DNA of 64,000 nucleotides from Octopus sinensis. Lineage: Eukaryota. Numbering within the stretch: the first letter of the stretch is position 1; each line of letters begins with the position of its first letter. The DNA lies in assembly GCF_006345805.1 (NCBI RefSeq), contig NC_043002.1, positions 72,912,001-72,976,000 of the forward strand, given 5' to 3'. Below the pieces are notes generated by a model. The model was not told the DNA's origin, ran no database searches, and was given only the letters and a program-made list of their open reading frames with translations. This document shows, piece by piece, positions 1 to 12,559 of the stretch. Made by a program: the position numbers and the translations under genes.

Positions 1-134
1 CCAGCTGTAGAAACTCTGCCAGATCAAGATTGGAGCCTGGTGCAGCCATCTGGTTTATCAGTCCTCAGTCAAGTCGTCCAACCCATGCTAGCATGGAAAG
101 CAGACATTAAATGATGATGATGATGATGATGATG
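1..134 (+). mobile_element. 3' end of RTE-LINE 3'UTR-type repeat with (GAT)n tail
   Basis: Same sequence as the ends of 40306-40748 and 48828-49450 (ccagctgtagaaactctgccag...catgctagcatggaaagcagac..aaatgatgatgat). Confidence 0.8.
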
Positions 135-156
135 AACACTGTTGTTAGAGGATGTA

Positions 157-360
157 CAGGGGTGCTGAAAACTTCCTGGCTTTAGGTAAAAGAAAGTACA
201 GGAGGATCAGTTGATTCTGATTTTATTCAACATATTTCCTTCTCAGATTCACACGCTTATTGCAGCGGTCCTTCAGTTTTTCTAAGCCTTGTAAAACGTT
301 GGGCCTCCAACCAAGCTTTTGTGATATCCTTAAAACTAGGAACTTTTCAGCTCTCCCTTG
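157..360. mobile_element. Mariner-type MITE
   Basis: TA at 155-156 and 361-362; imperfect TIRs caggggtgctgaaaacttcctggcttta / taaaactaggaacttttcagctctcccttg. Confidence 0.7.
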
Positions 361-503
361 TATATATGCCTGGGTGTGACAAAGAGGGAGAGGGCATGTG
401 GTTTAGTTATATGAGATAGTGGGGTTATTGATTATGTGCTCTCACTAACTTGAGAAGTTTTAGCACAAAACATTCTTCATGGCAAACCTAAATAGGTTTA
501 TAT

Positions 504-903
504 ATACTCTTTCCTACTCTAGACACAAGGTCTGAAATTTTGGAGGAGCGGGGCAGTCGATTAGATCAATCCCAGTATGCAACTGGTACTTAATCTACTG
601 ACCCCAAAAGGATGAAAGGCAAAGTTGACCTTCGCAGAATTTGAACTCAGAATGTAAAGACAGACAAAATACTTATTTCTTTACTACCCACAAGGGGCTA
701 AACACAGAGAGGACAAACAAGGACAGACAAACGGATTAAGTTGATTATATCAACCCCAGTGTGTAACTGGTACTTATTTAATTGACCCCGAAAGGATGAA
801 AGGCAAAGTTGACCTTGGCGAAATTTGAACTCAGAACCTAACGGCAGACGAAATACTGTTAAGCATTTCACCTGGCCCCTAACGTTTCTGCCAGCTCACC
901 GCC
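504..903 (-). mobile_element. tRNA-derived SINE with Nin-like domain (dimeric)
   Basis: Minus strand reads ggcggtgagctggcagaaacgtta...ctgagttcaaat...ctttcatcctttcggggtcaattaaataagtaccag; the module occurs twice; many copies in the window. Confidence 0.8.
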
Positions 904-1953
904 TTAGGTTTATATATACTAAATGATCGGAAGAGATCATTATTATTGTTATTATGTCTGCTTTTTCCATGCAGGCATGCATTTGATTTAACTTATTCAG
1001 GTAGAGTTTTATGGCTACATGCCTTTCCTCTTGTCATCCCTTATCTGTTTTTCGAGGAAGGGTTGATAAAGGGTATTTTTATTCAAGTGGTTTTCACATG
1101 TCTAAACTGTTGTTGTTTATGGGAGACGTAAGCATAATGTCACCACCACCCAGATGCTGTTAACATGAAAGCAGACAAAAATAAACCTTTCTGCATACAT
1201 GCATGTGCACGCAGACACATGCACACACACACACACACACATGATGGGCTATGTATTGTAAGTTACTTGGTGACTTCACTAGTGCCTGTATCATGTAAAA
1301 AGCACTTGGTACATTGTGTGAAGTGGTTGGCATTAGGAAGGGACATCCAGCCATAGAAATCATGCCAAAGCAGAAATTGAAACTTGGCACAATTCTCTGG
1401 TTCATTGGTTTCTGTCAAACTCACCAACCCATGCCAGCATGGAAAACGGCTGTTAAATGATGATAGTTTGTAATCACCACCACCATCATCATCATCATAA
1501 CATCCACTTTTCCATATTGGCATGCATCAGATAAAGCTTGTCGAGGTAGTTTTATAACATCTCTATAGCTGCACATGTTTGCACTAGAGATTGTAAACAA
1601 AGAGACCATTGTATAGACAGTTGCTTTCTTTTTTTTTTATATATATTTTCATTCCTTTTTTTTTTTCACATAGTGCACACATAACACCAAGACAACGAGA
1701 TGACAAACAAATAGTCATATAGATACTTTTCCTTTGCCAGTTTCATTCACAAGGCATTGGGTCAGTGCAAGGCAATAGAAGATGCCTGCCCAAGATGTCA
1801 TGCTGTGAGATTGAACCTGAAAGCACATTGTTATGAAATGAACTTTATTACCACACAACCATACCTGTACTTCATTACTGGGGAAGATTACTTGTAGCTT
1901 GCACCTGTAGTAACTAGGATACCCTGACGTTCTGCATAGAAAACAAATGTGAT

Positions 1954-2304
1954 AAATTAGAAAATGGACTAATTTTAAATCTCACAATGCGAGATATTCA
2001 GCAACAGTACTTTGTAGTAAAGATTGTTTGCCAACATAACATGGTAGTCCTGGTTTAGGACTAATGTTGCTGTAATTTAGCCCCAGGAGACATTCAGTGC
2101 TGATGAAAGGAAATAACCCAGAAATCACGATACACAGGTATTGTTTTGAGCTGAGTGGGGGTGCTAGATTCCCTTGTTCAAAAATGTAAGGATACAGATT
2201 GTGTCGTGTAGCCAGCTGGAGACGATGTCTCCTGGGGCTAAATTACAGCAACATTAGTTCTAAACCAGGACTGCCATGTTATGTTGGCAAACAATCTTTA
2301 CTAC
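1954..2304. mobile_element. Fold-back element (83-bp inverted arms) with hammerhead motif in the loop; PLE-type
   Basis: Arms 2011-2093 and 2225-2307 are near-perfect reverse complements; aaacaaatgtgat is duplicated at 1941-1953 and 2305-2317. Confidence 0.75.
2095..2137 (+). ncRNA. Minimal type I hammerhead ribozyme motif (slightly degenerate)
   Basis: cagtg-CTGATGA-a-agg aaataa ccc a-GAAA-tcacga-T-A-cacag. Confidence 0.6.
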
Positions 2305-2317
2305 AAACAAATGTGAT

Positions 2318-2352
2318 GTTTAACATTTTGAGCTGAATTCTTCATCAGAGAA
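2318..2352 (-). ncRNA. Degenerate hammerhead motif (PLE-end remnant)
   Basis: Minus strand ttct-CTGATGA-a-gaattcagctc-aAAA-tg-T-T-aaac; resembles the 45820 family; G12 mutated. Confidence 0.35.
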
Positions 2353-2832
2353 AAATCTTTCTTCTCGGTCATCATCATTTATTGTCCACTTCTGAGTCTT
2401 TGAAGGGCAGATTTTCTATGGCCAGATGCCCGTCCTGTTGCCAACCCTCACCTGTTTTCAGGAAAGGTAATATTTCTGCATGGCTACACATGTTTTTCAC
2501 AGAAAACTGGAAATGAGCAACATGGTTTTTATGAAAGTGATGCTTGTTTACAAACATTACGTGTTGTCGAGACATGGGTACACACACACACAGACACAGA
2601 CACACACTCACTCACACATACACACACACCTGCACATGTACACGCAAACACATACACACATAGACACATACATGTATATATATATATATGTATGTATATA
2701 TTAAGAAAAAGGAGGTAGTCAGAATTTTGAATAATTTGTTTAGCACTTTTGTCTTGTTTTGGGGAATCATCAGAAATGAGACGAATGTGCTAAATAAATA
2801 ATCATTCAAAATTCTAGCTACCTCCTTTTCCT

Positions 2833-3204
2833 TACTCTTTTACTTGTTTCAGTCATGTGACTGTGGCCATGCGGGAGTACTGCCTTTAGTCGAGCAAATC
2901 GACCCCAGGACTTATTCTTTGTAAGCCTAGTACTTATTCTATCGGTCTCTTTTGCAGAACCGCTAAGTTACGGGGATGTAAACACACCAGCATCGGTTGT
3001 CAAGCAATGTTGTGGGGACAAACACAGACACACAAACATATACGCTCACATACATATATACATACATATATATGACAGGCTTCTTTCAGTTTCCTTCTAC
3101 CAAATCCACTCACAGGGCTTTGTTTGGCCCGAGGCTATAGTAGAAGACACTTGCCCAAGGTGTCACGCAGTGGGACTGAACCCAGAACCATGTGGCTTGT
3201 AAGC
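2833..3204 (-). mobile_element. tRNA-derived SINE with CORE-like motif and internal microsatellite
   Basis: gggttcagtcccactgcgt..accttgggcaagtgtcttc...(TA/TG)n...gactgaaacaagtaaaagagta; at least 12 copies in the window. Confidence 0.85.
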
Positions 3205-4440
3205 ATCGGTATGCTGTTTCCCCCTTTCGAAGTTTTATGTTGTGAAGATCGGGCAGCATGTTTTTCCTGTGCATCCTCACAGTCCCACAGGCATTAGTCC
3301 TCCTCACTTGCAGCTGCAGGAAGAGGTCTGGACAGGAAAACCAGTTGTTCATATAAATATTGTACCTTTTGTCAAATGAATTTTTGAAGATCCAATCTGT
3401 CCTGACCAGTGTAGATTTTGTAATTCTACATGTACCCACAGGCTCTGCCAGTTGACTGGTATACTTTATAAACCTTGACTCCAAAGCAGACATGTTTGGT
3501 TGGGTTTAAATCAGAGCCTTCCCTTGAATTTCCTCAAGCTCTCATCTGTACAAATGTCCTGAGTGGGGACATACACCGTTTTGAAATTTTTTGCCACTTC
3601 ATCAATGGTAGGATGTATTTTGTGCAGCCTGTCATCTTGGTTCTTGCTTGAATTGATATGTAAATTTTAAAGGAGCACCAGAAATCGATCACGTGGCATC
3701 ATTTCCAGAAAGAAAGGTGTCAACGTGGCTGGATCCCGATTCCAATATGATGCCAGACTTGTTCTCTTCATGATGCCCATCAGTATCAGCAGGACAAGCA
3801 GAACTTTGACTTTGTCCCCTGTGCTTGGAAACCAATCACCACCATGCCCGGGTCTGACATGCTGGGGATGGTTTTCAGCATAGTCATTCGTTTCGTTTGC
3901 TATATATATTGGAACATTTCATCAGTCAAAAACTCGTGGAAGATTTCCAATGGCGAACTTCCATGTTCAAGATTTGCCTTTATGCCAGGATTACCAGTTA
4001 ACCTATGCCATTGGATGAAATTGTCTCTTACTTGCCACACAACATTCTGTTGTCCAGGACCATTCACTGCTGCCCGCTTGTACCTTTGATTCACCGGAAT
4101 ATCATCAACGCTATCAGAATCATCTGATTCTGAACTAGAAAAATACTTAGTCTCTGAGTCATCATCCGAACCGCAAGAAACAATTGGTGAAGTGGTGGAG
4201 CTTGGTGTAGCTTGGCACAACGACTGTTAGTTGGACAAAACAAGGTACAACGACAAAGTTGATGGAACCGGAGTGGTAGGATGCAATGAGTCTAAATTCA
4301 ACAAAACAGGACTTGATGATGAAGTTGACAGAGCCGGAGTGGCAGGACTAGCCTATTGGGTAGTAAATATTTACATGAAGCATCTAATCAGCCAATCAGT
4401 TGGCAGTTGGACCAGTACTAACTCAGGCAACAGGTTCTAA
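3205..4440 (-). pseudogene. Decayed piggyBac (PGBD4-like) transposase
   Basis: Minus-strand fragments SSPLEIFHEFLTDEMFQYI and YNIYMNNWFSCPDLF...TNACGTVRMHRKNM..DL...KLRKGE match piggyBac DDD-domain motifs; frameshifts and an acidic N-terminus. Confidence 0.85.
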
Positions 4441-5422
4441 GTCAGGCAGTGTGTAATTGTGATTTAAAGCATGTACATTGTGTACATACATTTACATCAA
4501 CCATTTCTAAAGAGTAAAGAAAAAAAAAAGAAGTGTTGACTTTATAAAAGTTGAATGCATCATATTCTATAATATAAAGTCAGTCTTCTGGAAATATCCT
4601 ACTAATCTGTTGTTTTTGTCTCTCTCTTTAGCTACTGATCATATCCATTTAAAACTTTCTTTTTTCATTTCCTTCATTGGATTTATTTAATAACATTGTA
4701 GCCTGTGTTAAACTCATTGTAATCTCTCCATTTGCCCACTTCTCTCATTTTTTTTTTTTTTGCTGTATTTACATGCAATGACTGTGCATCAATTCCCTTT
4801 TATCATGTAATTGAATGGAATAAATTTATATGTGTTACTAATGGTTGTTTTGAATTGCATTTTTAATGCTTTCTTATTTTTAAATATGCATTGAAATATT
4901 TTAGGTAACCTACATTATGTTTCACTAAGCAGTATTAGTTATACTTACAATGTTTTGTAATGCAACATAAATTTGTTGACTGGTTAAGATATATATCTCA
5001 AATGACATTGGTGGATCTTATTGTTCATGTGGCTCAGCCAATAGTGTCGGCAGGAATGAAATGGAACATGAGAAAATCTATTGAGGTGGCAGAGGCTACC
5101 ATGGAAATAAAGAGGTGAAAGATGAAGTGCCAAATACGTGGGCTGGATTTGGTTAGTTATGGAACAAGCGGATATCTCGCTATAATAACAAAAGCAAGTG
5201 AAATATTGTGGCTGATTAAATCTGTTGTCCTGAAGAGGTGGAACAATAGGGGTTGAAAGCCAATGCACATGGGAGACAACTGAGCAAAGGGAGCTTTCAT
5301 GGAAAAGGAAGCCTGCTAGGTTTCATTTCTTCTTGAGAGTGGAGCACAATGTGCTTTTATCCCTAATTGATATTAAATGGTGGGAGTGGAGTGACACAGC
5401 TGAATGTCCATCGAAGTGGGAG

Positions 5423-6128
5423 TTATACATTGTGGGAGCATATTTTGGTAGGTGCAGTTATCCTTTGCAGTGTATGCCTGCTGGCATAATCAAGTCTTGA
5501 GTATCCCTACCAATACATTGAGATAACAGTTCAGTAGTGTGAGTGAAATGAGAATCAACACTAAGTTCTACCTTGTTATTTTCAAGATGGGGGGCAAGAA
5601 AGGTGAGTGCAAGAGCATTCACATATGAAAATCATTAGCCAGACTTCTGTTTCATATTAATGACTGGGAGGTGCTGGTAAATTTCTATGGCGTATGTGTT
5701 CACCCCAGCTAGTCGAGACGCCAGTCCATTGCAGCGTTACTCAAGAGACAGGAAGAAAGAGTGAGAGAAAGTTGGGGCGAAAGAGTACAACAGGGGTCGC
5801 CACCAGCCCCTGCCGGAGCCTCGTGGATCTTTTAGGTGTTTTCGCTCAATAAACACACACAACACTCGGTCTAGGAATCGAAACCGTGATCCTCCAACTG
5901 CGAGTCTGCTACCCTAACCACTGGGCCATTGCGCTTCCACAAGCTATACATTGTTGGAACATATTTTGGTAGGTGCAATCACCCTTTGCAGTACATACCT
6001 GGTGGCATAATCAAGTCTTGAGTATCCCTACTGATACACTGAGATAACAATTTAGTAGTGTCAATGAAATAAGAATCAACACTAAGATTCACCTTGTTAT
6101 TTTCAAGTGGAAGGGCAAGAAAAGTGAA
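5423..6128. repeat. Diverged ~190-bp direct duplication (about 5423-5610 and 5943-6128) either side of a SINE
   Basis: tatacattgt..catattttggtaggtgca...ggcataatcaagtcttgagtatcccta...gggcaagaaa present twice. Confidence 0.75.
5683..5940 (-). mobile_element. tRNA-Arg-like (OR-type) SINE, head A with V-like tail
   Basis: gtggaagcgcaatggcccagtggttaggg...ggtttcgattcc head; tail gagtaacgctgcaatggactggcg. Confidence 0.8.
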
Positions 6129-6464
6129 TTGTTAACTTGTATTTTTGGTTGTGTTGAAATTGTCTGTGGCCATTGAGTACAATGTGTGCAGCCATGCAGT
6201 TAGTCTTCAACTTCAGTTGTCATTTCTTTTTCTTGTCTACTGGTGTTGCTGTATGTGCTATTGTGATATTTCTTTTATAGGTTTTTGTTATGGTGTCATG
6301 TAGTAAGGTATTATATACTCTCAGATTGTATACATTGCACAGGTTTTCCACAAATGCAAACAAAGTGGAAAATCTCATACTCTCTTGCAGTTGCTACTGT
6401 TAGATATTTGCTTTCACTTTTCTAAATTATGATTTTTTAGAAAATAAATCTTATTTTATTTATC

Positions 6465-6855
6465 TTTTGCACCTTACTTGTTTCATTCATTAGATTGTGG
6501 CCATACTGGAGCACTGCCTTGAAGGGTTTCAGTAAAACAAATTGACTCCAGTGTTTATGGTTTGTTTGTTTGTTTTTTTTTAAAAATCCTGTACCTATTA
6601 TGTCAGTCTCTTTTGCCAAACCACTAAGTTACAGGAATGTAAACAAACCAACACCAGTTGTCACATGGTCATAGTGGTGGGTTGACAAATACAAAGACAC
6701 ACACACATGCACACACACGACAGGCTTCAACCAAATTTGTTGACAAGGTATTGGTTGGCCTGGGGGCTGTCATAGAAGACACTTGCCTTAAGTGCTGCAA
6801 AGTGGGATTGAACCTGAAACCTTGTAGTTGCAAAGCAAGCCTCTTAACCTCATAG
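6465..6855 (-). mobile_element. Old copy of CORE-like microsatellite SINE
   Basis: Diverged match to the 28028-28451 family. Confidence 0.7.
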
Positions 6856-8074
6856 ACATTCATGCATCTATTTAGCACATAATATTCAAATCTGTCTTGG
6901 GCGGGTATTTCCTACATTTTAAAGCTACTATATTAGTTAGTTGCTGTGTTTTGAGTTGATGTGGAAGAAAACTTAAAACTGTTTACATTTCATTACATAA
7001 ACACATGGGTACATACATATACTCACACACATACATTCATACATGAAAATACATGCACACATGCAGAGGATAATAATAAATTGCAAAACGGATTATTATG
7101 TTATTAATAAGGAAAATAAACATACATAAATAAAAAATAAATGAACATAAAATTTAAATCATTAATTAAAAGCATTAAGCTGGAACTAAGAAGTTAATTA
7201 TTATGAATCCTTTTCAGTGGTGTTAGTGGTAGTGCCAAGTAGCTCTGAAAGATTGTCAGATTTGCAAGATTAATCCATGAAGGATAATATTAGAATGTTA
7301 ATAAAATAAAGATAGACTTTTCATTCACTTCCATATTCTTTTCAAATTATGCCACTGAAGGAGCAATTGTGATGTGTGTATGACGTATGTTACAGCCTTG
7401 TCTTGCTTCTGTAATAAGTTTTCTATTTCTGTGGGGAATTCTATAAAATATGGAAGTATTTTTCTGTTTATGTTTTCCTATCTAGCTTTGTTTTATGGTG
7501 TATATGGTGTTTGTCTATTGCAATTGTTCCTTATTTTAAATGCCAGTGAGCCTTTAAGAGAGTGTTATGGATGATAAAGGGGAATTTGACAGCTTTATTG
7601 TTCCAAATAAACTATAAGGGTTCTTCTACATGCAGATACAAAGCAACATTAATAAAAAAAAAAGATTAAATTAGAACATAGTAGTGTTTTCTCTACAGCA
7701 TATTTAAAATCAAAAGTTGTTCTCCTTGTATACAACCATAAATGTCATTGTCATCATTTAAACCCTGGTTTCCATACTGGCATGGGTTGGATTGTTTGAC
7801 AAAGCACGATCAGTTGGAAAACTGCATTATACACTAATGCTAAGGGTGGCATGATTTCTATAGCTGGATGCTCATCCAGATGCCAAACACTTTACATTTA
7901 CAGAGTGTACTAACTGCATTTTTCATTGTACCAGCACTATATATATATATATATACACACACATGGCCTGCTCGCTTAGCCAGCGGGTTGGCGTCATTCG
8001 ACGGCTAAAACAATGCGAACGCATTGTGACCAGCGATGTGTAACAACATCTGATAGTCTGGTCTGTCACGTGAT

Positions 8075-8118
<44 letters not shown>

Positions 8119-8263
8119 GACTTCTTACAGTTTCCGTCTACCAAATCCATTCACAAGGCTTTGGTGAAGACACTAACCCAAGGTGCCATGCAGTGGGACT
8201 AAACCCAGAACCATGCAGTTGGGAAGCAAGCTTCTTACCATACACCCACTCCCATGCCTATAT

Positions 8264-8312
<49 letters not shown>

Positions 8313-8356
8313 CAAATGAGAGAAAGAAAAACTGGAATTGACAAGATTGTTTATTA

Positions 8357-8462
8357 ATCACTACGATCGTTTTGACACATTTTGCATTGGTCCCTTGTAG
8401 GTGAGATTCTGGACAATTGGTTGTGGTGCATCATTTGGTGCAGATGTGTCTAATCAGGAAAC
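8357..8462 (-). ncRNA. Degenerate hammerhead motif with long stem II
   Basis: Minus strand CTGATtA-gacacat...atgtgtc-aAAA-cgatcgT-A; palindromic stem III acgatcgt. Confidence 0.45.
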
Positions 8463-8568
8463 TTTTTGAAAGGTACCTCACTCAATAAAATTGCTGTTGC
8501 TTAGTTCAATTAGAATATATTTTGTTATTTGCCTGTTGCTGGTTGTGTACAAAGTATCATGGTTTGGT

Positions 8569-8611
<43 letters not shown>

Positions 8612-8614
<3 letters not shown>

Positions 8615-9018
8615 TCTTTACTCTTTTACTTGTTTCAGTCATTTGACTGTGGCCATGCTGGAGCACCGCCTTTAGTCGAGCAAATCGACCCCGGGACTTA
8701 TTCTTTGTAAGCCCAGTACTTATTCTATCGGTCTCTTTTGCCGAACCGCTAAGTGATGGGGACGTAAACACACCAGCATCGGTTGTCAAGCAATGCTAGG
8801 GGTACAAACACAGACACACAAACACACACACACATACACACACATATATATATATATATATACATATAAACGACAGGCTTCTTTCAGTTTCCGTCTACCA
8901 AATCCACTCACAAGGCATTGGTCGGCCCGGGGCTATAGCAGAAGACACTTGCCCAAGATACCATGCAGTGGGACTGAACCCGGAACCATGTTGTTGGTTA
9001 GCAAGCTACTTACCACAC
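8612..9018 (-). mobile_element. CORE-like microsatellite SINE
   Basis: Near full-length family match with internal (CA)n(TA)n. Confidence 0.85.
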
Positions 9019-9021
9019 ATC

Positions 9022-9317
9022 ACCGTGGCCGTGACCGACCAGGCTATCAGATGTTGTTACACATCGCTGGTCACAATGCGCTTTGCATTGTTTTAGCCTT
9101 CAAATGACGCCACCCCGCTGGCTAAGTGAGCAGGCCAACAGAAGAAAGAGTGAGAGAAAGTTGTAGCGAAAGAGTACAAAAGGGATCACCACCACCCACT
9201 GCTGGAGCCTCGTGGAACGTGAGGTGTTTTCGCTCAATAAACACTCACAATGCCTATTCTAGGAATCAAAACCGCGATCCTACAACCGCGAGTCCACTGC
9301 CCTGACCACTGGGCCAT
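9022..9317 (-). mobile_element. OR-type SINE, head A with tail b
   Basis: Head tggcccagtggtcagggcagtggactcgcgg; tail gttggcctgctcacttagccagcggggtggcgtca (also solo at about 7963-8081). Confidence 0.8.
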
Positions 9318-9863
9318 ATATACATATATATATGTATGTGTGTGTATTAAATTACTACAAGCTGATATCAATTAAACCTTTTAAAAATACTACTTTACCT
9401 CACATAGCAAAAAAGTATACTATTATAATACATATTGATAGCGTTGCAGTGACACTTCATCAAAGGAAAGACTTAGACTCAAAACTAAATATGAGAACAC
9501 TGTTATTTATATATCTGCTGGTCTGTAACAGCTGGTTTTTTTTTTTTTATATACAATTTGCAATGAAAATCTCCCCTCATTAAGTGTAAATCTAATTATA
9601 GAAAAGAATGAAATGCCCACTGATGAAATGAAAGGAATTAAACTCTAATTTGTGCTCATGATTATTAAACCATAATGCTGTGAATAAGATTTTACTATCG
9701 AATAGAAAAATATATGTATTCTGCAGGGTAATAGACTTTGTCAATTAAACTTTGTAATACATATAAGCTAGCATTACAGTGATCCAACATCAAAAGGTTA
9801 GAGAAATAATTACACACATATGCACACTCACACACACATACATGCATACATACATACATACAT

Positions 9864-9895
<32 letters not shown>

Positions 9896-10180
9896 GTTTT
9901 GTGTGTGTGTGTGTGTGTGTGTTGGTAAATTGAGCAAAAACAACAGTGAATTCTTTAGTATTGCTGAGAGTATGAGAAACTCCCTAGTGCAGGTGTCTTG
10001 TTGGAATGCACCCAGTACACGTGGTAAAGTGGTTGGTGTTTGGAAGGGTATCAAGCCTTAGAAGTGATATGTATGAGTGAGGTGTGACATTCTGATTCCT
10101 CTGCGAGGATATGGGCCCTGAATAAGAACCTACTTGAGATATAATGATCTATCCACTCCATGCCAGTATTAAAAAAGGTC

Positions 10181-10497
10181 ATCATCATCATCATCACCAT
10201 CATCATCATCGTTTAACATTCGCTTTCCATGCTAGCATAGATTGGACGATTTAACTGAGGTTTAGCGAATCAGATGGCTGCACCAGGCTCCAATCTGATC
10301 TGGCAGAGTTTCTACATCTGGATGCCCTTCATAATGCCAACATCTCCGAGAGTGTAGTGAGTGCTTTTACGTGCCACCAACATGAGGGCCAGTCAGGCAG
10401 CACTGGCCATGGCCACACTCAAATGGTGCTTTTTATGTGCCACCTGCACAGGAGCCAGTCCAGCGGCACTGGTAATGACCTCACTCGAATGTTTTTT
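10181..10497 (-). mobile_element. RTE 3'UTR-type repeat
   Basis: (CAT)n-cgtttaac...ctggatgcccttc...gtgcttttacgtgccacc. Confidence 0.8.
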
Positions 10498-10571
10498 TAA
10501 AATGATTATTTGTGTATGTGTGTTTGCATGTGTGTGTAAAAAAAACAAAACAAACCAAAACCAGGTACGCT

Positions 10572-10890
10572 GTCAGTTGTGATGATGAGAGTGTTCCTGT
10601 TGATTCAGTCAAGTGAACAGCTTGCTCAAGAAATTAACGTACACGTGGCTGAGTGCTCCATAGACATGTATACCCTTAATGCAGTTCTTGGGGAAATTCA
10701 GCGTGACCCAGATTGTGACAAAGCTGGCCCCTTTGAAATACAGGTGCAAGCCATTTTTGTCAGCTGAGTGGATTGGAACAAGGCAAAATAAAATGTCTGA
10801 TCAACGACACAATGTGCCACTTGGTTTCGAACTCACAACCTTACGATCATGAGCCGAGTACCCCTAACCACCAAGTCACACGCCTTCACT
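10572..10890 (-). mobile_element. OR-type SINE, head B with tail a
   Basis: gtgaaggcgtgtgacttggtggttagggg head; tail matches 52730-52909. Confidence 0.7.
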
Positions 10891-11073
10891 TCTATATGTA
10901 TGTATGTATGTATGTAAGTATGTGTGTGTGTACAGAGTGGTTGACGTTAGGAAGGGCAGTAAAAACCATGCCAAAACACACTCAGAAGCATGGCACAGGC
11001 TCCTGCCTGGCCAGCTTCTGTCTTACTGTCCAAACCATGCCAGCATGGAAGATATTACACAATGTTGATGATG

Positions 11074-11101
<28 letters not shown>

Positions 11102-11104
<3 letters not shown>

Positions 11105-11355
11105 AAGGCTCGTGGCTTAGTGGTTAGGGTGTCAGCATCATGATCATAAGATTGTGGTTTCGATTCCTGGACCAACCGATACGTTGTGTTTTTGAGCAAA
11201 ACACTTCATTTCACGTTGCTCCAGTCCACTCAGCTGGTAAAAGTGAGTAACGCTGCGATGGACTGGCGTTCTGTCCAGCTGGGGAACACATACACCATAG
11301 AAACCGGGAGACCGGGCCCATGAGCCTGGCTAGGCTTTAAAAGGGCGCATTTATT
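11102..11355 (+). mobile_element. OR-type SINE, head B with V-like tail
   Basis: A box tggcttagtggtt, B box ggtttcgattcc, then ttgagcaaaacacttcatttcacgttgc and gatggactggcgttctgtccag. Confidence 0.8.
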
Positions 11356-11356
11356 T

Positions 11357-11388
<32 letters not shown>

Positions 11389-11945
11389 TATACTAGCAGT
11401 ATCGCCCGGCATTGCTCGGGTTTGTAAGGGAAATAATTATATAAGCATTTTTAGAGATGTAAAGTATAATAGCCATCTCAATATGGCTAACCACAAAGGG
11501 GGAGGGGTGTTACTGTAGCTTTTTACGTTCTGAGATTTAATAATAAATTTTAGAGAGTTACTTCCCTTATATATGTCAAAAATGGATTAAAAATGGGAAA
11601 AATTGATGGTAAATTTTTTTTAAAATCGTAGACTCATCGTAGACGCGCGCTAATACCCAGACGGTCTCGATATGAATCACGACTATAAGATACCCGGTTT
11701 TGGTAAAACTGCACCGCAAAATGTGGGAGTAGTTAGGAATCTAAATCGTAGGAGACAGACACACAACCTCACTTTTATATATAAAGATTTCCTCTATTTA
11801 CATAATATTGAGGTCTCTTTCTTTCTTTTGTTATCTTACTGTTTTTACCAATATACATATATATATATAAATATATATATAGTTACAGAGATGTACTTGC
11901 ATAGCAAGTGACTTGATCTGAGATCGTGTGCTGGAACGAAAACAG

Positions 11946-12204
11946 TTGCAGCGTTGAAGGTGTTTATAAGCCATTTAAGAAACACACAAAAACCGTTAGA
12001 TTCACTTCAACATTTAAATTTAATTTGTCGAAATATTTTCGTCGCTTTGAGACCGCGACCTGTTAGCACGATATTTTTGTCAGTGAACAGGTCGCGGTCT
12101 GAAAGCGACGAAAATATTTTGGCAAATTAAATTTAAATGTTGAAGTGAATGTAACGGTTTTTGTGTGTTTCTTAAATGGCTTACAAACACCTTCCACGCT
12201 GCAA
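11946..12204. repeat. Long palindrome (119-bp arms, 21-nt spacer), PLE pseudo-LTR inversion type
   Basis: 11946-12064 is the reverse complement of 12086-12204 with few mismatches. Confidence 0.9.
12076..12126 (+). ncRNA. Type I hammerhead ribozyme motif, G3-C8 core variant
   Basis: tttgtca-GTGAACA-g-gtcgc ggtctgaaa gcgac-GAAA-atat-T-T-tggcaaa. Confidence 0.7.
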
Positions 12205-12559
12205 TATATATATACACACATATATATATATGTATGTATGTATGTGTGTATATGTGTATGCATGTATGTGTGTGTGTGTGCGTGTCTGTGCTTGTGATTG
12301 TCCTCCACCACTGCTTGACAACGAATGTTGGTTTGTTTACATCCCTGTCACCTAGTGGTTTGACAAAGGAAACAGATAGAATAAGTACAATGCTTACAAA
12401 AATAAAACTGGAGTTGATTCATTAAACTACAATTCTTCAAGGCATTGCCCCAGCATGGCCACAGACCAATGGCTGGAAAAAGCAGAAGAATAAAAGAATA
12501 CATTCTCTGCTTTGGTCATATGTTGAAGGCATGAGAAAGCTTGAGTTTACATGAGAAGG

